Source of the DNA: Eledone cirrhosa
Taxonomy: Eukaryota
NCBI GenBank assembly: GCA_964016885.1
Contig: OZ024741.1
Coordinates: forward strand, 137,020,001-137,084,000
Direction: 5' to 3'
DNA: 64,000 nucleotides
The translations under genes were made by a program, and so were the position numbers. This document shows positions 23,801 to 34,729 of the stretch, one piece after another; positions within the stretch are counted from its first letter, which is position 1, and the number at the start of each line of letters is the position of its first letter. The notes beneath the pieces are model-generated. The model did no database searches and was not told where the DNA came from. It was given only the letters and a program-made list of their open reading frames with translations.

Positions 23801-24045
23801 CACGCAGCACACATCCACCTGCCTTCTCTCCAGCATCTCCGCTATTTCAGCAGATCTACCTCTGAGAGTGCCAACATTAAGTGTTGCAACTCTGAGATGC
23901 GACGTCTTCATATTTTTTTCTATGCTGTTTTGTTGCTGTGCTGATAAGCTTTTTGGCATTGATACACTGGTTGGATGCCCTTCCTAACACCAGCGCCACT
24001 TTACAGCATGGACTGGGTGCTTTTATTTGTGCCACCAGCACTAGA
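20818..24045 (-). mobile_element. RTE-clade LINE, family B, with intact ORF, antisense in SPAG1 intron 5
   Basis: Single uninterrupted ORF plus (ATG)n tail; 5' boundary uncertain and no TSD recognised. Confidence 0.95.
20843..23959 (-). CDS. RTE LINE ORF, 1038 aa: APE endonuclease, reverse transcriptase and PHD-type C4HC3 finger
   Basis: TLNVG, VQEVRW, YAPQ, GDFNGH, IDF, QHRL (APE); NYRGIKL, QFGF, AFDRVP, GVHQGSVLSPLLF, YADD, YLG (RT); RRLRWYGHV and GRPRKTW (RTE C-terminus). Confidence 0.96.
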   Translation of the reverse strand: MPKSLSAQQQNSIEKNMKTSHLRVATLNVGTLRGRSAEIAEMLERRQVDVCCVQEVRWRGASARLVVGKRLSYKLFWVGKDDGLGGVGIFLAEKWINKTIEVVRVSNRIIKLRLVVGRRLLTIISVYAPQAGLGKDEKDCFYEQLLQTTTMTEDGDIVMLAGDFNGHVGQLQNGYTGVHGGHGYGSRNEEGVRLLEFCDASTLTICNTNFQKPANHLITYKSGEHISQIDFLLVRQRDRQIVSNTKAYPGEECTPQHRLVVSDISVSKRWNEPYRKVWRRKVWKLKDLSLKFKFRKALQDVYDEKEDDLETYDIDNNWKFLRDNLLKATDETCGWSRAPTRQRVTWWWNSSVDKAIRDKRLAWKAWNKGGSREEYTATKREARRQVYLARREAESRRFANVLRREDQRRAVFHIARQCVNANQDVVGDKCVRDDAGVLSVTNDQKKEAWKCHYERLMNVENEWEREKLPLVDPTEGPAIEIDEYRVQEAIREMKNGKAAGPSGIVAEMLKASGDVGTKLVARIINQAIYGGVIPKDWCSSILINCYKGKGDALERSNYRGIKLIDQVMKVAERILAQLIRERVKLDEMQFGFVPGKSTTDALFLVRQMQERFLEKNKPLYLAFVDLEKAFDRVPRSVIWWSLRKLGVEEWLVRTVQTLYRGTLSKVRVGMEFSEEFQIQVGVHQGSVLSPLLFIIVLQAITEEFKTGCPWELLYADDLALMAESVEELENKFRLWKQQLEARGLRVNLAKTKVLMSRKEDKTLIPSGKWPCSICRKGTGINSIKCTQCRSWVHKRCSGIAGKLTGREKYVCSRCTGKLDSRSRTDRHIFQMREGAIEVVDSFRYLGDQISMGGGCSEAIVSRIRTGWKKFRELLPLLTKKGFSLHTKGRLYDACVRSAMLHGSETWAATAEDMRRLERNEASMLRWMCSVNVRERPSINVLREKLCLRGIECSVRERRLRWYGHVMRMEDDRWVKKCQEMPVEGRRSRGRPRKTWAEVVRTDLRSLKLTVEMTRDRDEWRDAVLNKTRPTLASREKRT

Positions 24046-24102
24046 GAGGATGTCTTACTAGACTCAAGGGCCCTCTCTACCCCTCCATTTTACAGCATGG
24101 TC

Positions 24103-24143
<41 letters not shown>

Positions 24144-25010
24144 AAACTTATTGACACGACTCACACACTAATACTCATGCATACAAACCACAACCACACA
24201 TACCAACACTCATTCATGCATACAATCACACACACAACTCACAAACACATATATATATATACATATATTACCGACAGTTCTGATACAAAATCAAAATCAA
24301 AGTCAAAATCGTCAAAATCACTATCATGTCAACTGTTGACCTTTCCCAGTCCAGTTCGGCTTGTATATAATAACAATAACAATAATAATTGTTTGTTTAC
24401 GCTGGTAATGGCGGTGGTGGATGGTGTCAGTGTGGTGGTGGATGGTATCAGCGTGGTGGTGGTGGATGGTCAGTGATGGTGGTGACAGTTGTTGGTGCTG
24501 TAGTTGTTACTGTTGTTGTTGTCCTTCATTTCACTGCTGCTGTTGCTGCAGACAATGGTGTTGATGCTGTTATTGCTGTCGCATATATACAAATACATAC
24601 ACACACATTCAACACAGACGATGGTGTTGTTGCTGTTGTTGTTGTTGTTGGTGTTGCTGCTGTTGTTGTTGTAGTTGTTGCTGTGTTGAAATCTGGTCGC
24701 ATCCACAGAGATATACACATATACACACACATACACATATGTATATACACATACATACATCAAAAGATAGTCAGCAGTATGTCAACAGGGGACAGGACAG
24801 CGACCTTAGAGTAATGTGGTGATGGTGGGGAGCGAGTGTAGGCGTTATTGTTATTGTGGTGACGGGGGGGTCAGTGAGATGTTACAAGTTCATAGATCAC
24901 TTCTCTCTTTTCCTCTCTCTTCAAAATTTTGAATTTATGGCCTTTTGCAATGGCGGCCAAGTATATATAATATATATGAAGCAAAGAAAAGAAAATTTTC
25001 ACTGATATGA

Positions 25011-25261
25011 AAGATTTCCTGGTAGAAGTTCAGGTGTATTCAGTGATTGGTATCCAGTTTCGGGGTATCCAATTAGAAAATCCAACGAATCTTTAAGAGG
25101 GGTCCACGCAACCATTGATATATATATCTATATATGTAAAATGCAAGCAGAAATGACAACGAAAGATTTCCTGGTAGAAGTTCAGGTGTATTCAGTGTTG
25201 GTATCCAGTGTTGGGGTATCCAATTAGAAAATCCAACGAATTTTGAGAGGGGTCCACGCAA
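25011..25261. repeat. Tandem duplication, period ~150 bp
   Basis: AAGATTTCCTGGTAGAAGTTCAGGTGTATTCAGT...GGGTCCACGCAA present twice. Confidence 0.85.
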
Positions 25262-27157
25262 GCATATATATAGATATATATATGTATATATGCAAAATGC
25301 AAGCAGAAATAACAACACATATACTAATGAACATACATTAAACACAGAGGGACTGTAAATGATGATAGCAATATCTAGATATAAATATATAAATGTACAT
25401 ATCTCTATTGGTCTCATAAATTTTAAATTTTCTCTTTCCTCTTGTGTGTGTGTAGCAACACGTGGTTGTGTGTTGCTGCTGACTCTAGCAGAGCCCAAGA
25501 AAACACGTCTTGCCCTAACAGCTGCTGCTCCCTATATAGTGTAAATATATATACAAAGCGGCTGTGCTTGTGCCATGATAAAATGCACCCAGTATTCTCT
25601 GTAAAGTGTTTGGCACTAGGAAGGACATCCAGATGTAGAAATTATGGTGTATGGTTCCCTGCATGTCCTCTGTCCCATATAGTCTCAGATTGTGCCAATC
25701 CATGCCAGCATAGGAAATGGACGTGAATGTTGATCATGACAATCACACAGACCAGACATTTTTTCCTATGCTAAGCTAAAAAATAAAGGAGCTGGCCATC
25801 AGATTTGACCAAGGAATCAAAGATTCCATTGACCTTTCTGTTCCTGATACTATCTGCCAGCCTAACATACTTTGAAATTTTAAAGCAAAGCCAAACTTGC
25901 TATTTCAATTCTGTATTTGTGCCTATGGTCATGAATCTTGAGTAATGACCAAAAACATGATTATGAATACAAGTGGTTGAAATGAGATCTTCAAAGAGTC
26001 TTTGGAGTATCGTTACTTTATAGGGTGAGTAACTCAGAGATAAGGGAGTCATTCTTGGTAGAGCTGTTACTTCTCTGCATCACCACTCTGGTACTATGGA
26101 CATGTGCTTAAAATGTCTAAGGAAAGAATTACCAGACAGATTTTATGGAGAAAACCAACCAGCAGGAGACCCAGAGGTAAACCATGAGCAAAATGGTTTC
26201 ATAATAGGTTGGTCTCGCTTGGGGATCCAGTTGGATCAGTTGTTGATAGTCCTTCTGATAGGACTCTCTGGAAGGTATGTTGAGGACTTTTCCCCCATGA
26301 CCCTCTCAGGATTAAGTGGACTCAGAAGAAAATGGAGGAGGAAATAAGTTGATTGTCAAATCAGACAATGGAAATAACGTCTCCATTGGTCTTTCCATTT
26401 TTGATACTATCTGCCTGTTTAACATACCTTAAATATGTATCTTTAAAGGACAGCCTGGGTGGAGGTGGTATGATCTCAGATCGCTGAAGTTCACAGAGGA
26501 AATGAAAGAATGTGATGAGTGGAGAGATGCTGAGCTGAAAGAGCCCTGTCCAGTTCATGTGAGCGTGAAAAAATGGATCTAAAAACGATGATGATGATGA
26601 AAGGGAGGAACTGATCATCAGATCAGATCAAGGAAACAATATTCCCATTGGTCTTTTCATTGCTGATACTATCTGCTGGTAGCAAATCTCAACAGAAGGA
26701 GCAGTGTGAAATAAATTATTTTGCTCATGAACACATGCTGCTGCCTATTCTAGGAATCAAACCCATAACCTGTTGATCATGAGTTTGACACTCTAAACAC
26801 TAGGCCTTGCACTCTCATTAAACTAGAAAAGGAAAGCTTGCTAAATCTTTTGCTACTCTTTTAAACAAAGAATGTTATTTCAGCATCATCATTTTATGTC
26901 TGCTTTCCATGCTGGCATTGGTTAGATGGGTTGTCACTCTCTGTGTCCAGAGGTGTTAGGGCAACCCATTTTGTTCCATATTTGACATGGTTTTTACAGT
27001 TTGATGTGCTTTCTAATGCCAACCATCTTACCAGATGAACTGGGTGTGTATTTTTGTGACACACCAGAACTACTAATTTACAGAGTGGGCTGGGTGTATT
27101 TTATTGTGGCACTCTCACCACCATTTTATTATGTTTTAATGAGTTGTTTCTCTGTAG

Positions 27158-27267
27158 GTTTGATGTTGATGGAGAGCTCAAGAAGATTGATGAGGAAGTT
27201 AAAGAGAAGCCTGCTAAGAAAGTTAACAGTGAAATTTCTAATCTATCTGAGAAAGTGGACATAAATG
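27158..27267 (+). CDS. SPAG1: SPAG1 coding exon 6 (FDVDGELKKIDEEVKEKPAKKVNSEISNLSEKVDIN)
   Basis: ctgtag acceptor, gtttgt donor; FDV..E..KIDE motif; phases fit exons 5 and 7. Confidence 0.9.
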
Positions 27268-27339
27268 GTTTGTAGCTCTTTTTATATTTTCACAATATTC
27301 TAAGCAAAACACTTTCATTGCCCTACTGTTAATGCTACA

Positions 27340-27800
27340 CTGGAATGCACCCAGTATACTCCCCAACTTGTGGCACTTGTGCCATGATAAAATACTCTCA
27401 GCCTTCTCTGTAATGTGGTAGTGCTGCTGCCATGATAACATACTCCCAGCCCACTCTGTAAAGAGTTGGTGATGGTGTTATGATAAAAATCACCCAGCCT
27501 ATGCTTTAAAGCGGTATGCTGGTACTATGATAAAATGCACCCAGTACATACTGTAAAGTGGTAGTACTAGTACCATGATAAAATACTCCTGGCCCAATCT
27601 GTAAAGTGGCAGTGTTGGTGTCATGATAAAATACACCCAGTGCATATTGTAAAGTGGTAGTGCAGGTGCTATGATAACATACACCTGGCCCATACTGTAG
27701 AGTGGTAGTGCTGGTGCCATGATAAAATACCCCCAGCCCACAGTAAAGTGCTAGTGCCACAACAAAATGCACACAGTACACTTTGTAAAGTGGCAGTGAT
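27340..27800 (+). repeat. Tandem array (~10 units) of the 48-bp stem-loop module
   Basis: Repeated CCATGATAAAAT.C.CCCAG..CA..CTGTAAAGTGGTAGT. Confidence 0.88.
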
Positions 27801-27875
27801 GATGACAAAATAGAAATGGAAAGAAAATCTGAACTTAAAGGAAGTGATTATGGCACTGGCAACAGGGTTTGGCTC

Positions 27876-28670
27876 TTAAAATCCTGTACCACATGAAACA
27901 AAATTAGCAAGGCATTCTTGAAAATGACTGCATCACATTAAAAATTAATTCTTAACATGATTTAGCTGAAAACGCCTAAAAATAGGTTTGTTAGTTCAAA
28001 TGTTTAAAGCATTTTGCCTGTTTTCATTGTGAAAATTTGTAGTATTAGACTAACAATTTTACTATTTAGTGTGATGCTGTTTTTGTGCTAAACGTAATTT
28101 GCGTTAGGAAGGGCATCAAGTTGTAGAAACCAAGCCAAAATACAGATCTGTATGAGTAAGACGTGGTTTCTGGACTTGACTTGTCACATGTGACAACCCG
28201 TCTAACCAATGCAAGCATAGAAAAATAGTCATCACCATTTAACGTCTATGTTCTATGTACTTGGTTAATATATATATATAAAATATATATATAAAATATA
28301 TGCAAAAGTTTTATTTAAAATTGTTGGGATACAACAAGTAAATATTTTATAACTGATATAAAGCACTCGACAAGTTTTTGGAGTAGATATACGATATTAA
28401 ATAAATGGAAACTATATTTATAAAACCATATTTATTTCATTATACATTTCAGGGATACCAAATTAAAATATGGCATGCCTTCGTCAGATAAAATACAATA
28501 TATAAACAGTTTTATAAATAATTTTGACGTACCCTATTAGAAGCGACCATTATTTTTGGAGGCTGTTATAAAATAGAGTTATCCCTCTTACATAAGAGAG
28601 TTTATTTCTGTTGTGTAATTTTCTAAAATATCTAGCTGCTGATTTGTTTTCATGTGGTACAGGATGTTAA
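27876..28670. mobile_element. Possible old non-autonomous DNA element bounded by imperfect inverted repeats
   Basis: TTAAAATCCTGTACCACATGAAACAAAA at 27876 mirrors TTTGTTTTCATGTGGTACAGGATGTTAA ending near 28669; related pieces at ~28930 and ~32150. Confidence 0.45.
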
Positions 28671-29666
28671 CAGTTGAATTTTTATTCTTATACTGTAAAT
28701 TTTCCTGCTGCCACCCTGTCCAATTTTAAAGTTACTATAAACATTTGAATTAACAAACCTCTTTTTAATTATTGTCTACTAAGTTATTACTGAATGTTAA
28801 GTTAAGTTATAAAAGGTGACGGAATGGACATATACACACTGTACTTCTAATATGTTTCTTCTGTATTTCTATCTATTTTATAGTATACTTGTCCCAATAT
28901 GACCAAATATTAATCTGCTATATTAACTCTTAATGTCCCACATGAAACCACATTAGCAAGATTTACGCTCGGGTGCCAAATAATGGGGTGCAGGGTATCG
29001 GTAATTGTATAGTGTATGTTCGTAAATATGGGATTTCTTGTAATGTTCTTTTTTTGTCATATATAATGTTTTTTTTTTAATGTAAAACAATATTATTATT
29101 AGAGTCTCCAGCTGCTATATAAATATGAATCACTTACAATAAAATTTTGCGGGAGATAAATTAGCAAAATTTAATAAGCCGGAGGGAGGAGGTGGGGGAT
29201 CTGAACATTTGATAAGGGGTGGGGGGTGTGTTGAGATTATTCAAGACCTGAGAGTACTTGAAAAGTATAAAACAGTGCTATGACTACATCACATTTAAAG
29301 TTAAAGCCTTTACTCAACTACTGTACATTTTCACAATATGTCCCAATATGTCACAATATGTAAAGATACTATAAACATTTGAATAAATAAATCTGTTTTA
29401 TTACAAGTCAACTGAGGGCAGTGGATTGGCAGTATGGGTAGAGCGTTGGACAACATGCTTTCCCCTCTCCCTAAAATTGTTGGATTTGTGCCTAAATTAG
29501 AAACCATTATAAATCAACTGATTTGTTTATGATGTATATTTTCATGTTAACCTCTGCTTTAGCTGGGAAAATGACCTGAAAAAGCTTGTTGCTGTTGTTT
29601 GTTCATTAGGAAGCTATCATGTCTTTATTGTATTGCATTTTATATTCTATATTATGTCTTCTTTAG

Positions 29667-29725
29667 ATTGTTTGGAAGAAACCCAAACTACTCAAGCAAT
29701 GAGGGAAAAGGATAAAGGTAATGAG
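29667..29725 (+). CDS. SPAG1: SPAG1 coding exon 7 (DCLEETQTTQAMREKDKGNE)
   Basis: ctttag acceptor, gtaagg donor; start of the first TPR (EKDKGNE). Confidence 0.92.
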
Positions 29726-29773
29726 GTAAGGACAATGCCCTCTTTGTTGCTGTCATCATTATTATCATCATCT

Positions 29774-29965
29774 GCGGTGGATTGGCAGTATTGGTAGAGG
29801 GTCGGACGTCAGGCTTTGACGCATAGAGTTACGGCCCTTGCCATTCTGAGTTCAAATCCCGCCGAGGTTAACTTTGCTTTTCATCCTTACGGGGTCGTTA
29901 AAATAAAATACCAGTAATACACTTGGTAATTGCTGGCCTTGTGCCTAACGTAGAAACAATTATTA
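29774..29965 (+). mobile_element. tRNA-headed SINE family 1
   Basis: Head GGATTGGCAGTATTGGTAGAG, B-box GAGTTCAAATCC, body TTTCATCCTTACGGGGTCG.TAAAATAAA.TACCAG. Confidence 0.8.
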
Positions 29966-30078
29966 TGATCATCCTCAGTGTTATCATCATCATTGCCACT
30001 ATCACCCAGCACACCCTGTGAGATGGTTGGTATTATGATGATGATGATGATACATAAGTGTATGTGTATATACATATG

Positions 30079-30870
30079 TCATCATCATCTTCGTTTAATG
30101 TCCATTTTCCACGCTAGCATGGGTTAGACGGGAGTTGTCCCATTTGAGGCAAAGCTGGTCAGGTGACCGTGTCTCGCTCATATAGGACTATCTGGTAGGT
30201 TTTCTACGGCTGGATGCCCTTCCTAACACCAACCACATTTACAGTGTGGAACTGGGAACTTTTTATCGTGTTACCTACATGACTACATTACAGCGTGGAC
30301 TGTGTGTGATTTTTGTTGTGACACCTACACGATCTCGATCTCATTTTCTCGTGCTGTTGGTGGGAGTAGGAGGATAGGGTAGGGGTAGTGGATTGGGGTG
30401 TATATTTGGTTAAGAAGTGCCTACTGACTGTAGGTTTCGCTTTGTACATAGGCAAGGCGGGTCTTCTGTATTACTGCATAGCACCAAAGATCTCGGTCCA
30501 GAGTCATTGTCTTAGAGAGATGTAAGTGTATGAGGTTGGAATTTATCAGATCATCCCAGGCTTTTCTGGGTCTACCTACTCCGTAACTACCATCAATTGT
30601 GATCGCCCTGCACTTTTTTATGCAGCTTTCGTCTTTCATGCGATCACGTGACCATACCAACGTAGTCTTCTCTCAAGTAAACAGCATCTGATCCCTCTTA
30701 TTCCTAATTTCTCACTTAGTTCATTTATGCTTTGCCGTTCACGTATATTACTATTACACATCCAACGGAGCATGCATGCTTCGTTCCTTTCCATTCTACG
30801 CAGGTCCTCTGCACGTGATGCCCATGACTCACTGCCATGTAGCATTGCTGTTCATATACAGGCATCATAC
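30079..30870 (-). mobile_element. RTE LINE (family A-related) 3' fragment
   Basis: MLHGSESW..ERNEACMLRWMC..GRPRKAW, 3' UTR module and tail. Confidence 0.9.
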
Positions 30871-30943
30871 AAATATATATGTAAAGTATTGGAAGTCTGG
30901 AAAAGTGTCATGGGAACTACCCTTTCCCGCCTGAACTAAAAAG

Positions 30944-31002
<59 letters not shown>

Positions 31003-31708
31003 ATATTATTGATGATTGCTGGGTGAGTAAGTGATAGAAATTAATTTCAAGTGGAAGGAAGTCATGGTAGAGGAAGACCAAGAAAAACTTGGATATAGGA
31101 AGTAAAAGCTAACCTCAAGAAACTACACCTCTGAAATCATCATCATCATTTATTGCTTGTTTTCCCTGCTGGTAAGGCTTGAATGGGTTATCACAGACCA
31201 GATCAGTACTAATCAGGCCACTGACCTCTCAGTTAGGCCAGGGGCTACATCTTACTTACTTATGTTCCTGAATTTTACAGTGAACCAGGTACATTTTATC
31301 ATGACCTTTGCACTAGGGATTTTGTCATATTTTTGACAACTCATGAATCCTCTCAATACTTTGGTGAGGTTTCTAGGGCATGATGCTCTTTCTAACACTA
31401 GCCACTTTGCAGAGCATACTGTATGCATTTTGTCATGTCACCAATACCAAAGAGGTTGTTGTGCCCTTGTCACAACTGAAAAGTCGTCTTGATGATGGAA
31501 ATGACAAAATAAAAATACAAGTGAAGAGATGCTGTACTGGCGAGTCCTCATCCAATGATACAAGCATGGGAAACATGTAGATATGATGATGATGATGATG
31601 AAGATGTCTCTTGTTGTTAACGTATATCCCCTTATAGCTTTCATTATCCTCTGTTTGTATTACATGGCACATAGCACGTCTGATATTTGTCTTCTGTCAT
31701 TTTTCCAG

Positions 31709-31808
31709 GCCTTTCGTAGTGGTGACTACAATGAAGCTGTGATTTATTATAACAGAAGTCTCTCTATTAAACCTTTGGATGTTGTTTATAACAACCGGGC
31801 CCTTGCTT
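31709..31808 (+). CDS. SPAG1: SPAG1 coding exon 8 (AFRSGDYNEAVIYYNRSLSIKPLDVVYNNRALA)
   Basis: ttccag acceptor, gtaagt donor; TPR consensus. Confidence 0.95.
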
Positions 31809-31859
31809 GTAAGTTTATCCTTTTGTTTTTCTTAACCATTTCATTATCATTTTTCTAAT

Positions 31860-32100
31860 GAAAGACATTGTCTTCAAGGGCAGAAGAATGCTGCTGGCAG
31901 GGCATGTCCTATGAACAGGAGACAATATACCAGCACAAACTGCAATATGGTTGCCAGCTGGTGAGAAAAGACCAAAGGGTAGACCGAAGAAGACGTGGAG
32001 ATCTACCCTAAAAGATGACCTGTATGGGTGTGGTACAAATTGGTTTCAAGCATCAACCCTTGCCAGAGACAGAAAGATGTAAGAGCATCTGGTGGAACCA
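31860..32100 (+). mobile_element. Old RTE-like C-terminal coding fragment
   Basis: RRMLLAGHVL..W.PAGEKRPKGRPKKTWRSTLKDDL. Confidence 0.6.
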
Positions 32101-32437
32101 GAATGATCAGAATGAAAGACATTGCCTATAATTTTCAATTACCTCTGGATATCCTGTACCATGTTAGTAAGGCATTCTTAAAAAGTACAAAACAACACTA
32201 TGATTGCGTCCCACGGAAAAAAAAAATTGAAGTCTTTACTCTAATTCTGCAAATTTTCACAATGATCTATTTACTAGTAAAGATATTATAAACATTTGAA
32301 TTGCTAAATCCATTTTAAGATATTTTCTACTAAGTCATTACAGGATATTGATTTTGAAAATAATGAAGACACCATATATCTTGTCATTTTGTTGTAATTC
32401 AAACTTAATTATAATTCTTTGTAATTGTAATCAATAG

Positions 32438-32515
32438 ATTTAAAACTCTCCCTCTGGAATGAAGCTGTTACTGATTGCGATCGTGTCTTGCAGAATGATA
32501 GCAACAATATTAAAG
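32438..32515 (+). CDS. SPAG1: SPAG1 coding exon 9 (YLKLSLWNEAVTDCDRVLQNDSNNIK)
   Basis: caatag acceptor, gtaagc donor; TPR consensus. Confidence 0.93.
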
Positions 32516-32960
32516 GTAAGCTGTCTTAATCATCATTGTAACTATGGGACTTTACAATATGTGACTACTATAACAAATTCCATGGGCCCTAAATTCCTAA
32601 TGGGGTTGTATGAGCTTTGTCAAGATATATAGCATGTTTTGGTCATTTTAAATGTGGCAGAAGTCCATCCCTCACCAGGTCAGGTGAACAAAACTGATTT
32701 CTCCCAGAGGAGAAAAGGAAAGTGATAGTGAAGAAGACAGGTAGAGGAATAATGGACCCTAGTACTTGACTGGGACAAGATTTATTGACCTCGAAAGGAT
32801 GAAAGGTAAAATTGACCTCAACACAGAGAGCTGGGATAAATATTGTAAAGAATTCTATCTGATGTTTTAACAACTTTGTTAATATGCTGTCTTTTATAAT
32901 AAATTTCATTTGTATAGAGGCATATATCAAAGCATATATACAATATGTTTATTTATAATA

Positions 32961-33273
32961 ATGGAGGCACATGGCTTAGTGGTTAGAGCATTGGCCTTGC
33001 AATCGAAAGGTTGTGAGTTCAATTCTCAGACCGGGTGATGTGTTGTGTCCTTGAGCAAGACACTTTATTTCACATTGCTCCAGTTTACTCAGCTGTAGAA
33101 ATGAGATGATAGGACTGCAAAGTGGTCGTGGAGGTGCCACGGCAAAAAAGCACCCAGCACTCACTGTAAATGAGGTTGGTGTTAGGAAGGGCAGCCAGCT
33201 GTAGAAATCAAGCCAGAATCAGTTCCCGTCCCACCCTTGCAAGCAAGGAAAAGCGGACGTAAAATGATGATGA
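32961..33273 (+). mobile_element. tRNA-headed SINE family 2 (V/CORE-like centre, RTE-derived body and tail)
   Basis: A-box TGGCTTAGTGG, B-box GAGTTCAATTC, GTGTCCTTGAGCAAGACACTT, stem-loop module; 3' end nearly identical to the LINE family B terminus. Confidence 0.88.
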
Positions 33274-34080
33274 TATGTTTCCTTGTGAGCATTTTAAGCT
33301 GTAATCTTGTCACAGCTACCTCAGTAACAGTATGAGAACACCAAATACTTGTATTTCAGGATCTTTATCCATCCATCATCAGTGACATTTACTCAGTCGA
33401 TAATGAGGTAGATACACTGATATCTTACATATAGAGGTAGCTTAAAACATTCATGGCAATAGTTTCTGATTTGAGCACAAGATCAACAATTTTTGTGGAA
33501 GGGAAAGTCGATTAAATTGACCCCAGTGCTTTACTGGTACTTTATTTTATTGACCCCATAAGGACGAAAGGCAAAGCAGAATTTACACTCGGCATGTAAA
33601 GGGCTGAAATTCTATGCTGCAAAACATGTCCCTCACTTACCAATACTGTCAATTTGCTGCCATAACAATAATGAATTTTCCCATTGATTTTGATGTACGA
33701 GTCCAGCAGCTAAAGTTTTCTGTGTTTGTGCCACTGTTAATTACTTGTGTATATTTTCATATTTATTATATGGAAATGCGTGGCTTAATGGTAAGGGCAT
33801 TGGACTTGTGGGTTCGATTCCTGGACTAGGTTGTATGTTGTGTTCTTGAGCAAAACACTTCATTTCATGTTGCTCCAGTATACTCAGCTGAAAGTGAGTT
33901 CTAGCAATAGCTAAAGATTTCATCTTGTCCTGTCTAGGGAAGAGTTTTGTATTTTCATTTGCTTCATGCCACGGAAACCGAGATGAACACTGACCTGATG
34001 AACCTCCTGGCTCGGAGTAGACTTTTATATGTAAACTGTAGTGTTCACTGTTGAAGCTGGTTTTCTGCTCTCTTTTACAG

Positions 34081-34187
34081 CCCTGCTCAGGCGAGCCTCT
34101 GCTTATAAAGAAAACAAAGAATATAACAAATCTATCTGTGATCTGAAGACTGTTCTTAATTTGGAACCTGAAAATCAAAGGGCAAAG
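34081..34187 (+). CDS. SPAG1: SPAG1 coding exon 10 (ALLRRASAYKENKEYNKSICDLKTVLNLEPENQRAK)
   Basis: ttacag acceptor, gttagt donor; TPR consensus. Confidence 0.95.
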
Positions 34188-34729
34188 GTTAGTTAGATGA
34201 TTTTGTTTATGCTTTTTTTATCTTCAAATTTTCTGAAGTTGCTTGCAGATGTGTGTGCTGAAGTCAGTAGCATGGATCAAATATGGACTTTGTCTGTAAT
34301 GACCCATCCAAGCCTGGCAGCAGGGAAAACTGACATTAAATGATGATGATGATTGATGATGGTGGTGGTGGTGATTGGCAATGACTGTGGTGACAATAAT
34401 GATGATGATTTCCCTTAAGTTTACCTATTATTTTGTAATTGTTTTCATCATCATCGTTTAACGTCTATCTTCCACACTAGCATAGAACATTTTATGTCTG
34501 TCATCCAATGGTGGCATTGGTGCATGTGTATCACAGCACCTCACCATGTCACATTCCTTGTCCTTTGTCATATTCTTCATGACAGGCAGTACCCATGAAT
34601 CTTTCTGTTGGGGCCTTTGTGACTGGTGGGAAAAGTTCAGCAACTTGACGATCTGACCTGATACCAACCTGCCTGACACAGACCCTGGTTATGTCAGACA
34701 AAACATCTCATTTTAAAGTGTTCATTATC

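Noticed and set aside
23960-24045. Assignment of the UTR module to a known ribozyme class (twister, HDV-like, hammerhead)
   Set aside because: I could not find the conserved catalytic cores by eye; left as an untested structured RNA
24107-24141. Poly(A) run as the tail of a processed pseudogene or of the adjacent LINE
   Set aside because: Wrong end and strand for the LINE, whose tail is (ATG)n; no upstream coding remnant or TSD recognised
24389-24814. Val/Ala- or Thr/Asn-rich ORFs resembling membrane or mucin proteins
   Set aside because: They arise from degenerate (GTT/GCT/GGT)n trinucleotide repeats, with no splice or homology support
32965-33040. Possible tRNA gene
   Set aside because: A and B boxes are present, but it continues into the SINE core and tail and is multicopy with indels, so it is a SINE head
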